The notes beneath the pieces were generated by a model. That model searched no databases and was not told the DNA's origin. It saw only the letters and a program-made list of their open reading frames with translations. A stretch of 64,000 nucleotides of DNA, from positions 172,596 to 236,595 of the forward strand of contig CAZNOH010000002.1 of assembly GCA_964574655.1 (NCBI GenBank), written 5' to 3'. A program made the translations under genes and the position numbers. Numbering within the stretch: the first letter of the stretch is position 1; each line of letters starts with the position of its first letter. This document shows positions 1 through 10,057 of this stretch, one piece after another. The stretch is from an uncultured Candidatus Saccharibacteria bacterium. GTDB lineage: Bacteria > Patescibacteriota > JABMPQ01 > JAQVVF01.

Positions 1-352
1 ATGCGTTAACTATGACAATGATAAATCATCTTTTTTTATTCTTGATAAAGATTTAAATAAAAAAGATCTGAATATGCCAGATGCAACAATAAGTCAATTT
101 CTATGGAATCAAAATGGAACAAAGCTATATTATGTAAATAGTTCTTTGGAAACGTATGGACAAGGGCTCAGTTATCTATTATTGAAAGAAATTTTGATAA
201 TTAACCCAGATAATCTTAGCACAGAGAAAACTATAAATATCGCTGATAAGGGACAATATGGAAGTTCAAATATTGTGTTGGCACCAGATGATAGCAAAAT
301 TTATTTTGTAAACCCAAGCGATCTTGGATTTTATTCAATCAACTTACAATAA
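1..352 (+). CDS. 3'-terminal fragment of a larger protein; beta-propeller/TolB-like repeat flavour (hypothetical)
   Basis: Reading frame is open from position 2 to the stop at 352, so the N-terminus lies upstream of the window. Motifs such as 'KLYYVNSS' and 'SKIYFVNPSD' resemble beta-propeller blades. Confidence 0.4.
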   Translation, partial: CVNYDNDKSSFFILDKDLNKKDLNMPDATISQFLWNQNGTKLYYVNSSLETYGQGLSYLLLKEILIINPDNLSTEKTINIADKGQYGSSNIVLAPDDSKIYFVNPSDLGFYSINLQ

Positions 353-362
353 TATAACAAAA

Positions 363-388
363 CCTGCCAAGATTCGGCAGGTTTTTTG
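363..388 (+). terminator. Rho-independent terminator (hairpin CCTGCC...GGCAGG followed by a T-run)
   Basis: 'cctgccaagattcggcagg' followed by 'ttttttg', immediately downstream of the ORF ending at 352. Confidence 0.6.
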
Positions 389-470
389 TTTGCTCAAAAT
401 TAAAATTAAAGCTAAAATAACTTAATGAGAAACTTGGTTTTTCAAAAACCGAGTTTCGTAACATTCATTT

Positions 471-1820
471 ATGACAAAATCAACAACAGTTTACGCTTGT
501 CAAAGCTGTGGCGCTGAATTCATGCGCTGGGCTGGAAAATGCGAACAATGCGGAGAATGGAATTCTTTGTCACAAATTACCAGACAGCCAACTTTATCAA
601 TGGGTAAATCTTTTAATTCAGCTCAAGCTTTGAAACCGCAGATATTCTCGCAAGTATCAAGCCAAGATTTCAAAAGATTGCAAACAAACATTTCGGAATT
701 TGATCGTGTTCTTGGTGGTGGATTTGTACCTGGCTCAGTAATTTTATTAGGTGGCGATCCGGGAATCGGTAAGTCAACTTTGGCTTTGCAAATTTGTTGT
801 ATCTTGCAAAGCCAGGGCAAGAAAATATTGTACGCTTCTGGAGAGGAATCAGCACAGCAGGTAAAAATGCGAGCAGTAAGGTTAAGCCACAAATCAGATA
901 ATATCCAATTTTTAGCTAACAACAATATTGATAGCATTGTTCAAACAATTGATCAAATCAAGCCAGATTTAACAATCATTGATTCTATCCAGACCATGCA
1001 GACCGAAAATATCCAGACAATCATGGGCAGTGTCAGCCAAGTCAAAACCTGCGCTATTATGTTGACCGAAGTAGCCAAGCGAAATAATTTGCCTATAATA
1101 ATAATTGGTCATGTTACAAAAGAGGGCACGGTTGCTGGACCAAAAACATTAGAGCATCTTGTTGATGCATTGTTATATTTAGAGGGTGATCGATATCATT
1201 CTCTTCGCGTTCTTCGCTCAATCAAAAATCGCTTTGGTTCAACCAATGAAACAGGTATTTTTGAAATGAAAGAGAGCGGTTTGGTTGAAGTAAAAAATCC
1301 TTCCGGAATTTTTTTAGAAGAAAGATTAAAAGGTGCTGAAGGAACTTGTGTCACAGCAACAATCGAAGGTTCAAGATCATTTTTAATAGAAGTCCAGGCT
1401 TTAGTTTCCAAAACCAACCTAGCTTTTCCAAGACGTACAGCTTCTGGTTTTAGTTATAATCGTTTGCAAATGTTAATTGCTGCAATTTCAAATAAGGCTG
1501 GCTTAAGATTAGATAGCCAGGATATCTATGTCAATATTGTCGGCGGAATTAAAACTACCGAGCCAGCTGTTGATTTAGCAGTCTGTTTATCAATTGTTTC
1601 TGCATATCAAAAAAGACCAATTGATGCCGAGACAATCGTTTTGGGAGAAGTCGGTTTAACCGGTGAAGTGCGTACTGTTCCACAGATTGAAAAAAGAATT
1701 GCCGAAGCCGAAAAATTAGGTTTTAAGAGAATTATCTTGCCAAGAACAGAAATCAAAACAAGTTTGCAAGTTATTCGTGTTAATAGTTTAAGAGATGCTA
1801 TTACTAAAATATTGTTTTAA
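471..1820 (+). CDS. radA: DNA repair protein RadA/Sms
   Basis: N-terminal C4 zinc finger (CQSCGAEF...CEQCGEW), Walker A 'GDPGIGKST', 'KNRFG' motif and a C-terminal Lon-protease-like domain. Confidence 0.92.
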   Translation: MTKSTTVYACQSCGAEFMRWAGKCEQCGEWNSLSQITRQPTLSMGKSFNSAQALKPQIFSQVSSQDFKRLQTNISEFDRVLGGGFVPGSVILLGGDPGIGKSTLALQICCILQSQGKKILYASGEESAQQVKMRAVRLSHKSDNIQFLANNNIDSIVQTIDQIKPDLTIIDSIQTMQTENIQTIMGSVSQVKTCAIMLTEVAKRNNLPIIIIGHVTKEGTVAGPKTLEHLVDALLYLEGDRYHSLRVLRSIKNRFGSTNETGIFEMKESGLVEVKNPSGIFLEERLKGAEGTCVTATIEGSRSFLIEVQALVSKTNLAFPRRTASGFSYNRLQMLIAAISNKAGLRLDSQDIYVNIVGGIKTTEPAVDLAVCLSIVSAYQKRPIDAETIVLGEVGLTGEVRTVPQIEKRIAEAEKLGFKRIILPRTEIKTSLQVIRVNSLRDAITKILF

Positions 1821-1826
1821 AGAATT

Positions 1827-1918
1827 CGCTAATCATTTGCGAATATTTGCAAATATTTTGCGAATAAAAATCTAACTTTATTAGCAAATAATTGGCAAAT
1901 ATTCGCAAATGATTAGCG
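1827..1918. repeat. Perfect 24-bp inverted repeat (CGCTAATCATTTGCGAATATTTGC / GCAAATATTCGCAAATGATTAGCG) with a spacer of about 44 bp
   Basis: The right arm is the exact reverse complement of the left arm. It sits between the convergent radA and the small GC-rich ORF. Confidence 0.85.
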
Positions 1919-1986
1919 ATTCGTCAGGAATTTAAGCATAAAAAAACTAGCAATGCTAGTTAAAAAAAGTGCAAAATAAAAATGTG

Positions 1987-2214
1987 CTAGACGAGACCTT
2001 TTTCTGTCAAAATCCTGCGATGCTTGTCATCCCATTTCATTTGTGGAACGAGTTGTAAAGCTTCGCGGACTCTAGCCTTTTGTTCATCAGTATCAGCAGC
2101 TACGACGTGGGCAAAAAAACGACTACGCAAATCATGTCCCGAAGAAATATCACCTCTTTGATACATCTGGACCAGAGTTTTTGGATGAACTTCAGCAGTC
2201 TTGCCACCAGTCAT
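1987..2214 (-). CDS. Small hypothetical protein (75 aa from MTGGK), noticeably higher GC than neighbours
   Basis: ORF 1987..2238. A strong SD 'aaggaggagagcgag' precedes the internal ATG (MTGGKTAEV...), so the true start is probably at 2214. No family recognised. Confidence 0.5.
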   Translation of the reverse strand: MTGGKTAEVHPKTLVQMYQRGDISSGHDLRSRFFAHVVAADTDEQKARVREALQLVPQMKWDDKHRRILTEKGLV

Positions 2215-2339
2215 CTCGCTCTCCTCCTTTTCCTCCACGAAAGCTTTCCGCTAAATCCATTCCCTGCGGAAAGCCGGTTACCATAATAAAAAACAACTTG
2301 TTAGTATTCTATAATAAAATCAAAAAAAAGCAAGTTATT

Positions 2340-4448
2340 TTACTCAAAATGAGTGATTTGGCTAAAATCAGCAATCTTTTCCCTTAAATTAGGGAATTTT
2401 TTTAGATCATTTTTAGCTAAAAAGCCTTCAACTTCAGTTTTCGCTATTTTCAATAAGTTCACATCCATCAAAGAAGCCATTTTTAGATCAGGAATACCAG
2501 ACTGCCTTATGCCGTAAACCTCACCCGGACCTCTTAATTCCAGATCTTTTTCAGCTAAAACAAATCCGTCATCACAACTAACCAGAGCCATTAATCTGTC
2601 ATATGATTTTTGTGACATTGAATCAGAGAAAAGAAAGCAAAAAGATTGAATTTCTGATCTGCCAACTCTTCCTCTAAATTGATGTAATTGCGCTAATCCA
2701 AATCGTTCTGCTCCTTCAATCATCATTATTGTTGCATTCGGAAAATCAATGCCAACTTCAATTACTGATGTCGATACTAATATCTTAATTTCATTATTTC
2801 TAAATTTTAACAAAGTCTTTTCTTTCTCTTCTTTCTTCAACTTTCCATGCATCATCGCAATTTTAAATTCCGGAAATATTTCTTTCTTTAATTTTTCATA
2901 TTCTTCTTCAACAGCTTTAACATCATCCCACATGTTTTGATTTAAATCAGGTTTTTCCTCACTTGCCTTAATTCTTGGACAAACAACAAAAACTTGTCGA
3001 CCTAAATTAATTTTTTCTCTGATAAATTCATAGGCTTTATCGCGATTATATGGCGCAACAAGCTTTGTTAATATTTTTTTTCGTCCAACTGGTTTTTCTT
3101 TCAAAATAGAAATATCCAAATCACCATAAAGTCCTAATGCCAGAGTTCTAGGAATTGGTGTTGCTGTCATTGACAACAAATGAGGCGATTTTTTTGAATC
3201 GATATTTATTTTTTTTAATTTCGCTCTTTGTTCGACACCAAAACGGTGCTGTTCGTCAATTACAGTTAATGCCAAATTTTTAAATTTAATGTCTTCTTGG
3301 ATAACCGCATGTGTGCCAATCAAAATGTCAATCTGTCCTTTTTTAGCCTTATTTATTAAAGCAATCTTGCTGACATCTTTGTCATTTATTTTGTGGTCAA
3401 CACGTGTCAACAGGCCGATTCGCATTTGTGTAATTTGTGGTCGTAAGACATTTGTGCAAATTCGCGATATAGTCTCGTAGTGTTGCTTAGCCAAAATTTC
3501 TGTTGGCGCCATCAAAATTGATTGCTTCTTAAAATTTGCGATCAAATACATTGCCATCAAAGCTACAACAGTCTTTCCAGATCCAACATCTCCTTCTAGC
3601 AATCTGTTCATTGGTTTATCTTTTTCTAAATCCAAAAAAATTTCCCAAGCAGTAATTTTTTGATCTTTGGTCAACTTGAAGGGTAGAGAAGCAACAAATT
3701 TCTTAATTAATTTTTCATCAAACTTAATTTTAAAAGCTTTATTTTCTTGCCACTTCTTTTTCTTTAATAAATTATTTAATTGCAATAAAAACAATTCATC
3801 AAAAGCTAGCCTTAATCTTGCTTTTTTCAAAATTTCCAAATTATCTGGAAAATGAATTTGTTTTAAAGCCTCACTTAGATCAATTAAGCTTAATTTTTTC
3901 TTAATCTCATCAGGCATAAAATCATTAAATTTGTCAGATAATTTTAATAAAGGTTTTAAAATAAATCTCAAATATTTTGAAGACATGCCATTTGTTTCGG
4001 AATAAACTGGCAAAATTTGTCCGCCTTTAGAATCAAACTTAAACTTTTCAAAAGCAGGGGAATTCATTGACACGGAATTGTAACTCATCTCTATCTTGCC
4101 ATTCAAAGTTACATATGTACCAATTCTCAAGAATTTTTCTAGATATGGCTGATTAAACCAGACAATTTTTAGCTGGCCAGATTTATCTTCTACTTTTGCC
4201 TCAGTTAATATCAGCCATCTCTTTGATGTCCGCTTATTCTTTATTGATTTTATCATCCCTCTGATTGTCTGCTTCTCATTTATCTTTAAATCTTTGATTA
4301 AAGTGATATTGCTAAAATCATCATAACGGACAGGAAAATATAAAAACAAATCAGAAACATTTTTCAATTCTAATCTATCTAAAGCTCGTTTGTGCTTTAG
4401 ATCAAATTTTCGCAAGCTATTTAATTTTGTCTTTAAATTTGTCGGCAT
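2340..4448 (-). CDS. recG: ATP-dependent DNA helicase RecG
   Basis: Walker A 'GDVGSGKT', 'DEQHRFG' DEAH box, helicase C-terminal motifs and an N-terminal wedge region. 702 aa. Confidence 0.9.
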   Translation of the reverse strand: MPTNLKTKLNSLRKFDLKHKRALDRLELKNVSDLFLYFPVRYDDFSNITLIKDLKINEKQTIRGMIKSIKNKRTSKRWLILTEAKVEDKSGQLKIVWFNQPYLEKFLRIGTYVTLNGKIEMSYNSVSMNSPAFEKFKFDSKGGQILPVYSETNGMSSKYLRFILKPLLKLSDKFNDFMPDEIKKKLSLIDLSEALKQIHFPDNLEILKKARLRLAFDELFLLQLNNLLKKKKWQENKAFKIKFDEKLIKKFVASLPFKLTKDQKITAWEIFLDLEKDKPMNRLLEGDVGSGKTVVALMAMYLIANFKKQSILMAPTEILAKQHYETISRICTNVLRPQITQMRIGLLTRVDHKINDKDVSKIALINKAKKGQIDILIGTHAVIQEDIKFKNLALTVIDEQHRFGVEQRAKLKKINIDSKKSPHLLSMTATPIPRTLALGLYGDLDISILKEKPVGRKKILTKLVAPYNRDKAYEFIREKINLGRQVFVVCPRIKASEEKPDLNQNMWDDVKAVEEEYEKLKKEIFPEFKIAMMHGKLKKEEKEKTLLKFRNNEIKILVSTSVIEVGIDFPNATIMMIEGAERFGLAQLHQFRGRVGRSEIQSFCFLFSDSMSQKSYDRLMALVSCDDGFVLAEKDLELRGPGEVYGIRQSGIPDLKMASLMDVNLLKIAKTEVEGFLAKNDLKKFPNLREKIADFSQITHFE

Positions 4449-4563
4449 TTTAAAAGTTTAAATCCGCGTTGATCAGCGTTCGTTATCAGCGTAAAATCAG
4501 CGCTTGTAAATAATTATGGCTGAAAATAAAAAAAGAGCAATATCATGCTCTTTATATCAATTA

Positions 4564-5052
4564 TTATATTTTCTTTAACATATCAATAATACGATTATTA
4601 TAATTCATTTTTTGGTAAAAAGTATGAGCTTTACTGTTAGGCACGAAAACTTCAACTCGGATAAAATCACAACCTGACTTTTTGCAATAATCTTCAAATT
4701 TTTTCATCAGTTGAGATCCTGCAGATTTACCACGAAATTTTTCATCAACATAAACTTCTAGTACTCTACTTGCTTTTGTTGGCACGCATTCTAGTAAATT
4801 TTCAGGCTTTTGTTTTTCAATTATACCAGCAATACAGCCAATGACTTTATTGTCTGCTTTAGCCAAAAAAATAATTCCTTTGTGTTTGTTAATTTTTTCT
4901 AACAAATTATCAGTATATTTTTTTCCATAATCAGGCACTCTTCTTAGTCTCTTCATTGGATCAATGGAAATCAAATAATCCTGCAGTTCTACCATACATT
5001 TTACTAAATCTTGTTTATCTGATTCTTTATATTTTTCAATTTTTATTTCCAT
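4564..5052 (-). CDS. GNAT family N-acetyltransferase
   Basis: Acetyl-CoA binding region 'VDEKFRGKSAGSQLMKKFEDYC' of GNAT type. 162 aa. Confidence 0.7.
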   Translation of the reverse strand: MEIKIEKYKESDKQDLVKCMVELQDYLISIDPMKRLRRVPDYGKKYTDNLLEKINKHKGIIFLAKADNKVIGCIAGIIEKQKPENLLECVPTKASRVLEVYVDEKFRGKSAGSQLMKKFEDYCKKSGCDFIRVEVFVPNSKAHTFYQKMNYNNRIIDMLKKI

Positions 5053-5062
5053 AAAATTATAA

Positions 5063-5815
5063 TTATTGTTTTATATTTTCAGCCGTTCTCCGTGCATTTT
5101 CTTCAATAGTATTATCAAGCTCTTTCAATTCAATATCGCCATATCTTCTTTTTAAAGCTAATTTAATCAACAAATCACAAAATTCATTATTTTTTGGCAA
5201 TACTGAACCATGCATATAAGTTCCAAAAACATTCTTGTATCTGGCTCCTTCAAATCCGTCTTCGCCATTGTTGCCCCAACCTTTCAAAACTTTTCCCAAA
5301 GGCTCAACTCCTTCGCCTAAATAAGTTTTTCCAGAATGATTTTCAAAACCAACAATCTTTTTTGTCATATCATTGACTTGCCCTCCGGAGTCTAGCAAGA
5401 CGGAGGAGGGTTCAATCAAAATATTTCCAATCATTCGATCGTAACTTGCCAAAGTTTTAACATTCAAAATTCCCAAGCCCATTAGTTTTTCACCATTATG
5501 TGGTTGGTAATAATTGCCTAACAATTGATAACCTCCGCAAACTGTCAAGAATACCGCGCCATTTTCAGCAGCAGTTTTTAAATTAGATTTATTTTCTCTC
5601 AAATCTTTTGAAGCTAAGATTTGCTCTTTATCCTGTCCTCCGCCAAAAAAGTAAAAATCAAATTTTTCAATATCAACTTTTGTGTTTACATCAAGATAAA
5701 CTATTTCCGTTTCAATCCCTCGCCACTCGCATCTCTTTGCAAAAGCAATCACATTACCGCGGTCGCCGTAGATGTTCATGATATTCGGATATAGATAGCC
5801 AATATTTAATTTCAT
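5063..5815 (-). CDS. gatD: Lipid II isoglutaminyl synthase, glutaminase subunit GatD (CobB/CobQ-like GATase)
   Basis: Close match to S. aureus GatD motifs: 'LTVCGGYQLLGNYY', 'GFENHSGKTY', 'YKNVFGTYMHGSVLPKN'. Adjacent to murT. Confidence 0.85.
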   Translation of the reverse strand: MKLNIGYLYPNIMNIYGDRGNVIAFAKRCEWRGIETEIVYLDVNTKVDIEKFDFYFFGGGQDKEQILASKDLRENKSNLKTAAENGAVFLTVCGGYQLLGNYYQPHNGEKLMGLGILNVKTLASYDRMIGNILIEPSSVLLDSGGQVNDMTKKIVGFENHSGKTYLGEGVEPLGKVLKGWGNNGEDGFEGARYKNVFGTYMHGSVLPKNNEFCDLLIKLALKRRYGDIELKELDNTIEENARRTAENIKQ

Positions 5816-5824
5816 AATTTTAAA

Positions 5825-7201
5825 TTATGCCCAAGTCTTATTTAAACAGCCTTTCTCTGCAATAATTTTTCTCAAATCAAGCATTGAAGAATAGGTAGGC
5901 AAAATATACAAAGTTTCGTTTTGATCTAATTTTGATATTGCCATTTCTAGCAATTTACAATAATCTTTTTCTTGCTTAATTTTATTCAAATCAAATCCGG
6001 CGTATTCTAATCTCAAAACAAGTTCTTCTGATCTAAGACCAGCCACAAAAATATAGTCAGCAATCTTTATCAGTCTCTCAAAATTAACATCCCAAATCCA
6101 AGAAATATCGCGTCCATCTGGTATATTGTCGTTCAATGCAATAATCATTTTCTTTTTTTTGCCATCAATTTCTAGTAATCTGATAACTTCATTAAAGCCA
6201 GTAGGATTTTTTACAAGCATCAACAGTGCATCATGATTTTCAAACTTAAATCTCTCTAATCTGCCAAATGCAGCTTTAGTATTTTTTATGCCTTGTTTTA
6301 TTTTATCTTCAGAAACATTTAAATTTAATCCAACAGCAGTTGCAGCTAAAACATTATAAGCATTATAAAAACCAGGTAAATATGCTTCAAGATTTAATAA
6401 TTTACCATTCTGTTTAATTTGCAAATTTATATTCTTAAAGCTATTTAATTTTATTTCTTCAACACTTATATTTAGGTTCGGCCTTTTTAGACCGCATTTT
6501 GGACAATGATATTTTCCAATATGAGAATAAAAAAGAGCGCTATAAACTAATGGCTCTTTGCAGTTTGGACAATTTTTCGAATCAGCAGATTCAGCAATCT
6601 TTTCTATTTTATAATTTTCGTTATTAATTCCATAAAAATAAATATTTTTGTTATTTACAGCAATACTAGAAATTAGAGGATCATCAGCATTCAAAATAAT
6701 TTTAGTTTCGCTTGGCAAATTATTTATTGTTTCTCGCCAAAGTTTCGCCAGTTTTTCCAGCTCGCCGTATCTATCTAGTTGATCACGAAACAAATTCATC
6801 AAAACAATCACTTTTGGATTAGTTTGTTTTGAAACTAAAGGCACTGTTGCTTCATCAACTTCAAAAATTGCCCAATCTTGATTTAATTTGCCAGTTAGCG
6901 AGCATTTTGCAAGTAAAGAAGAAGTTACGCCAGATAACAAATTAGCGCCAGCGCGATTATGAATAAAAGTAAAATTCGCTTCTTTCAAAATATTAGAAAT
7001 CAATCTTGTTGTCGTTGTTTTTCCATTAGTGCCAGAAACAATTATTACGCCCTTATCTAATTTTTTACTTAATTTTGTTAAAACTTGCGGATCAATTTTT
7101 CTGGCTAACAAACCAGGCAAAGAAGTTGCTTGGCCTCTATTTAGCGCTCTTACGAAGAAAGAAGCTAACCTAGCAATAATTATGGCTAAGAAAAGACGCA
7201 T
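5825..7201 (-). CDS. murT: Lipid II isoglutaminyl synthase MurT (Mur-ligase family with Cys4 zinc ribbon)
   Basis: 'GTNGKTTT' Mur-ligase P-loop, zinc ribbon CPNC...CPKC, DUF1727-like C-terminal part. Operon with gatD. Confidence 0.85.
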   Translation of the reverse strand: MRLFLAIIIARLASFFVRALNRGQATSLPGLLARKIDPQVLTKLSKKLDKGVIIVSGTNGKTTTTRLISNILKEANFTFIHNRAGANLLSGVTSSLLAKCSLTGKLNQDWAIFEVDEATVPLVSKQTNPKVIVLMNLFRDQLDRYGELEKLAKLWRETINNLPSETKIILNADDPLISSIAVNNKNIYFYGINNENYKIEKIAESADSKNCPNCKEPLVYSALFYSHIGKYHCPKCGLKRPNLNISVEEIKLNSFKNINLQIKQNGKLLNLEAYLPGFYNAYNVLAATAVGLNLNVSEDKIKQGIKNTKAAFGRLERFKFENHDALLMLVKNPTGFNEVIRLLEIDGKKKKMIIALNDNIPDGRDISWIWDVNFERLIKIADYIFVAGLRSEELVLRLEYAGFDLNKIKQEKDYCKLLEMAISKLDQNETLYILPTYSSMLDLRKIIAEKGCLNKTWA

Positions 7202-7337
7202 AATAATTTAAAATTTTTAATTTTGAATTTCGATTCAATTTCGAAATCAGAATTTTAAAATCACTAGCAAGCTATGTTTAAAATTAGAAATTAAATTATT
7301 CGAAATTAATTTGAAATTCGAAATTTGAACTTTCATT

Positions 7338-7409
7338 TGCCCTCAAGAAGAATCGAACTTCTATCCCAAGCTCCGCAAGCTTATGCTCTATCCGTTGAGC
7401 TATGAGGGC
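7338..7409 (-). tRNA. tRNA-Arg (anticodon GCG as read)
   Basis: 72-nt cloverleaf on the minus strand: GCCCTCA acceptor, anticodon loop TTGCGGA, T-loop TTCGATT, discriminator A. Confidence 0.75.
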
Positions 7410-7524
7410 TTAAAAATTAAAAAGTGATGCTTGCACATCACCTTTATTTTACATTAAATCATTACAAAATCAATATAATTCGTACAAATTTGAGGCCGTT
7501 AGGCATTCGCGCGATTCGTAAGAA

Positions 7525-8064
7525 CTAAAAGCCAATTTTTCTTGACATCCTATCAATAGTACTTTCGTCTTGCGAAAGATCTTCAGGCAAAAATTTCAAA
7601 AGAATTTCTCTGATTTTCAAAGGATTTTGATCTTCAAGCTGAATAACAAGGCTTGGAAGCAAAGATTGTCTTCTTTTAAAATTCAAAACTTTTAGATCTG
7701 GCGGATTATATAAAATCCAAAAATTTTCTATATCATCTTCGTAGGTATAGAGAATATTATTAATTTTAAAGCCTTTCTTCATCAATGCTACCTTTAAAAT
7801 ATTTGGTTTTCTTTGGGTATAAATAACAATAATAATCGTAAACAAAACAACTAAAACTGCAAACAAAAAATTCATTGTCCAAATTGCATAGACTAAAGTA
7901 AGAGATGCGAGAATATAAACAACCAAAATCCAAGCCGGATTTCGATCATATTGGATGAATTCTCTTGATTCCCAATTCATGAGAATGTCATCTTTTTTAA
8001 AAGCTAAAACTTTTTCACCAGTTGCAGTTGCCTCGACTGGTTTTTCTGATAATCTTATAGGCAT
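7525..8064 (-). CDS. Hypothetical membrane protein (2 TM helices)
   Basis: Hydrophobic segment 'AWILVVYILASLTLVYAIWTMNFLFAVLVVLFTIIIVIY'. No recognisable family. Confidence 0.5.
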   Translation of the reverse strand: MPIRLSEKPVEATATGEKVLAFKKDDILMNWESREFIQYDRNPAWILVVYILASLTLVYAIWTMNFLFAVLVVLFTIIIVIYTQRKPNILKVALMKKGFKINNILYTYEDDIENFWILYNPPDLKVLNFKRRQSLLPSLVIQLEDQNPLKIREILLKFLPEDLSQDESTIDRMSRKIGF

Positions 8065-8132
8065 ATTGTGAAATTAAAATGTTATGAAATCTATAAATAT
8101 TATAACACAAAATATAATATCATAAAAATCGA

Positions 8133-8840
8133 TTAAAGCAAAACTACGCCTTCTGTCTCGCCATGGTTTGTTTCATTGTCATAATTTTCATTTAGTTCTC
8201 CGATTTCAAGCAAATATTTTTCATGAATCGGATAAACTTTATCATCAAAATCTTGGCAGGAAGTATAATCTTTAATATTTTTTATTTCTGCCAAATATTT
8301 GTTTGCTTCCTGTTTTGCAATTTCTCCATGTTTATTTTCATGCTTTTCTAGCAGGGCATAAAAGGCATCCCATCGTTGTTGCATGTCTAAAGTGGCTTCT
8401 GTGTAGTTTGTCCAGCGAGGCATAATATATTCAATATTCACTTCTGTTTCGACTTCTGTACATCCTTCGTCAGTCTTCATCGGAAGTGACCAGTTGATCC
8501 AATTGTTAGCCATTGTGTAAACTCGTTCATTGCTAGTCATCTCCGGCCCCAAAGTTCCCATTTGATTGCGCAATTCGTCAGAAGTGAAACCTGAAATATC
8601 ATAGTAAGTTGTGGTAACGTTTTGAATAACTTCATCTTTGACAGGAACAAAAACATTTTCTTGCTTTTTAATCTCATTACTTCCTTGATCATAATTAAAG
8701 TTATTATAATCAAAGTTTTGAGGAATATTATTTCTATTCATTAGCAAATACATTGCTGGATAAGCTTTCCAAGCTAGGAAAGCGCAACCGCTGAAAGTTA
8801 GAGTGCAAATAACTAATAAAGCAATAATCAAAATAATCAA
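8133..8840 (-). CDS. Secreted/lipoprotein-like hypothetical with HExxH motif (possible DUF922-type Zn-dependent protease)
   Basis: N-terminal signal peptide plus Cys 'LTFSGCAF', and 'HENKH' (HExxH) near the C-terminus. Confidence 0.45.
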   Translation of the reverse strand: MIILIIALLVICTLTFSGCAFLAWKAYPAMYLLMNRNNIPQNFDYNNFNYDQGSNEIKKQENVFVPVKDEVIQNVTTTYYDISGFTSDELRNQMGTLGPEMTSNERVYTMANNWINWSLPMKTDEGCTEVETEVNIEYIMPRWTNYTEATLDMQQRWDAFYALLEKHENKHGEIAKQEANKYLAEIKNIKDYTSCQDFDDKVYPIHEKYLLEIGELNENYDNETNHGETEGVVLL

Positions 8841-9019
8841 AAGAGACTTATCATTTTTTGTTTTTGGATTTGATGTTTACATATTCTAATTTATTTTAGA
8901 TTCTGTATTCATTGCTTGTCTGCTTTGTTAAGCAATATTTAAAATTGTTTATATCTACATCTTATAGTATAATATAAATAATATAAAATTTCATTAAAAA
9001 CAAAAATTAATTTTAAAAA

Positions 9020-9994
9020 ATGATTAATAAAAAAGAAAAAAAAGATGCTTTTTTAGTAAAATGCAAAAATTTTTTTCCTGAATTTACAAAAAAAGAAAGA
9101 CCATCTTGGCACACTGATTTAAAATGGGCATCAAGTTTGTTATTTATTAGCTTTTTTGTTTCAGCCCTTCTGCTTTATAATTTCAGCCAAATAGTTTCTA
9201 AGAAAAACGTTGTCGATCAAATGACCACAAATATTCAGACTTCTTTGCAAAAGGAATTGTCTGATTTTTTTCAGTTAGCTAACCAGTTCCTATCAACCAA
9301 TGAAAATTATGTCAAAATAATTTTGAGTGAAGCAAAAAACGAATTGGACAAATTAGCTCAAACTTCAGAGCAAGCTTCAAATGAAACCAGTCAAGATGGC
9401 GAAAAAATCCAGCCAATTAAGGGATTAAGTTTTTCAATTGAAAAGAACCAAATTGATAAATATTTCAAACAAATTGAAACAGCAATCTACAAAGAAATAG
9501 CTAGCTCTCTGCAAGATATTCAAGACAAAGGATTGACGAATGCAACCGATCGCGAACAATGGCAGAAAGAATTAACTGAAAAAATTAGTTTCACAAAAAT
9601 TTATTCAGCTGAATTGCATCGCAAGTATATTCTAATCTCGTCTTTATTATTCTTCATTTCTTTTATTTTATTTTTGAGTGCATTTTTTTTCAGCTTTAAA
9701 TGGGGCAGGGTATTTACGCCAGGTTTATTAATTTTATTAACCAGTATTCCAGGCTTTTATATTCTTAACCGCGCTCATGATTATTTAGTTCATTCTTCTT
9801 TAAAAAATCTAGCCGATAGCAGTAATTTCCTTGTCCAACTTTTCGCTCAGGCAGTTTATGACGCGTTCAATCAGCAAATCAATTCAATCTATTTAGTTTA
9901 CAAGGTCTTATTAATTATCGGTATGATTCTAGTTGTTACAGCCATTGCCGGAAAAATTTATTGCTACATTAAAGACAAGAAGAAAAGAAAATAA
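9020..9994 (+). CDS. Hypothetical membrane protein with central coiled-coil region
   Basis: One N-terminal TM helix and several C-terminal TM helices. No family recognised. Confidence 0.5.
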   Translation: MINKKEKKDAFLVKCKNFFPEFTKKERPSWHTDLKWASSLLFISFFVSALLLYNFSQIVSKKNVVDQMTTNIQTSLQKELSDFFQLANQFLSTNENYVKIILSEAKNELDKLAQTSEQASNETSQDGEKIQPIKGLSFSIEKNQIDKYFKQIETAIYKEIASSLQDIQDKGLTNATDREQWQKELTEKISFTKIYSAELHRKYILISSLLFFISFILFLSAFFFSFKWGRVFTPGLLILLTSIPGFYILNRAHDYLVHSSLKNLADSSNFLVQLFAQAVYDAFNQQINSIYLVYKVLLIIGMILVVTAIAGKIYCYIKDKKKRK

Positions 9995-10018
9995 AAGTTA
10001 TTAAACTTAACAAACAAA

Positions 10019-10048
10019 AAACGCCGGAAATTTTCTGGCGTTTTTTTA
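10019..10048. terminator. Bidirectional rho-independent terminator
   Basis: 'aaaacgccggaaattttctggcgtttttt' hairpin flanked by A/T runs, between convergent genes. Confidence 0.7.
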
Positions 10049-10057
10049 AACCTAAAA

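Noticed and set aside
623-937. Minus-strand ORFs (104 aa and 61 aa) inside radA
   Set aside because: Entirely antisense to a high-confidence, motif-rich radA CDS. No SD, and the composition is typical of a shadow ORF.
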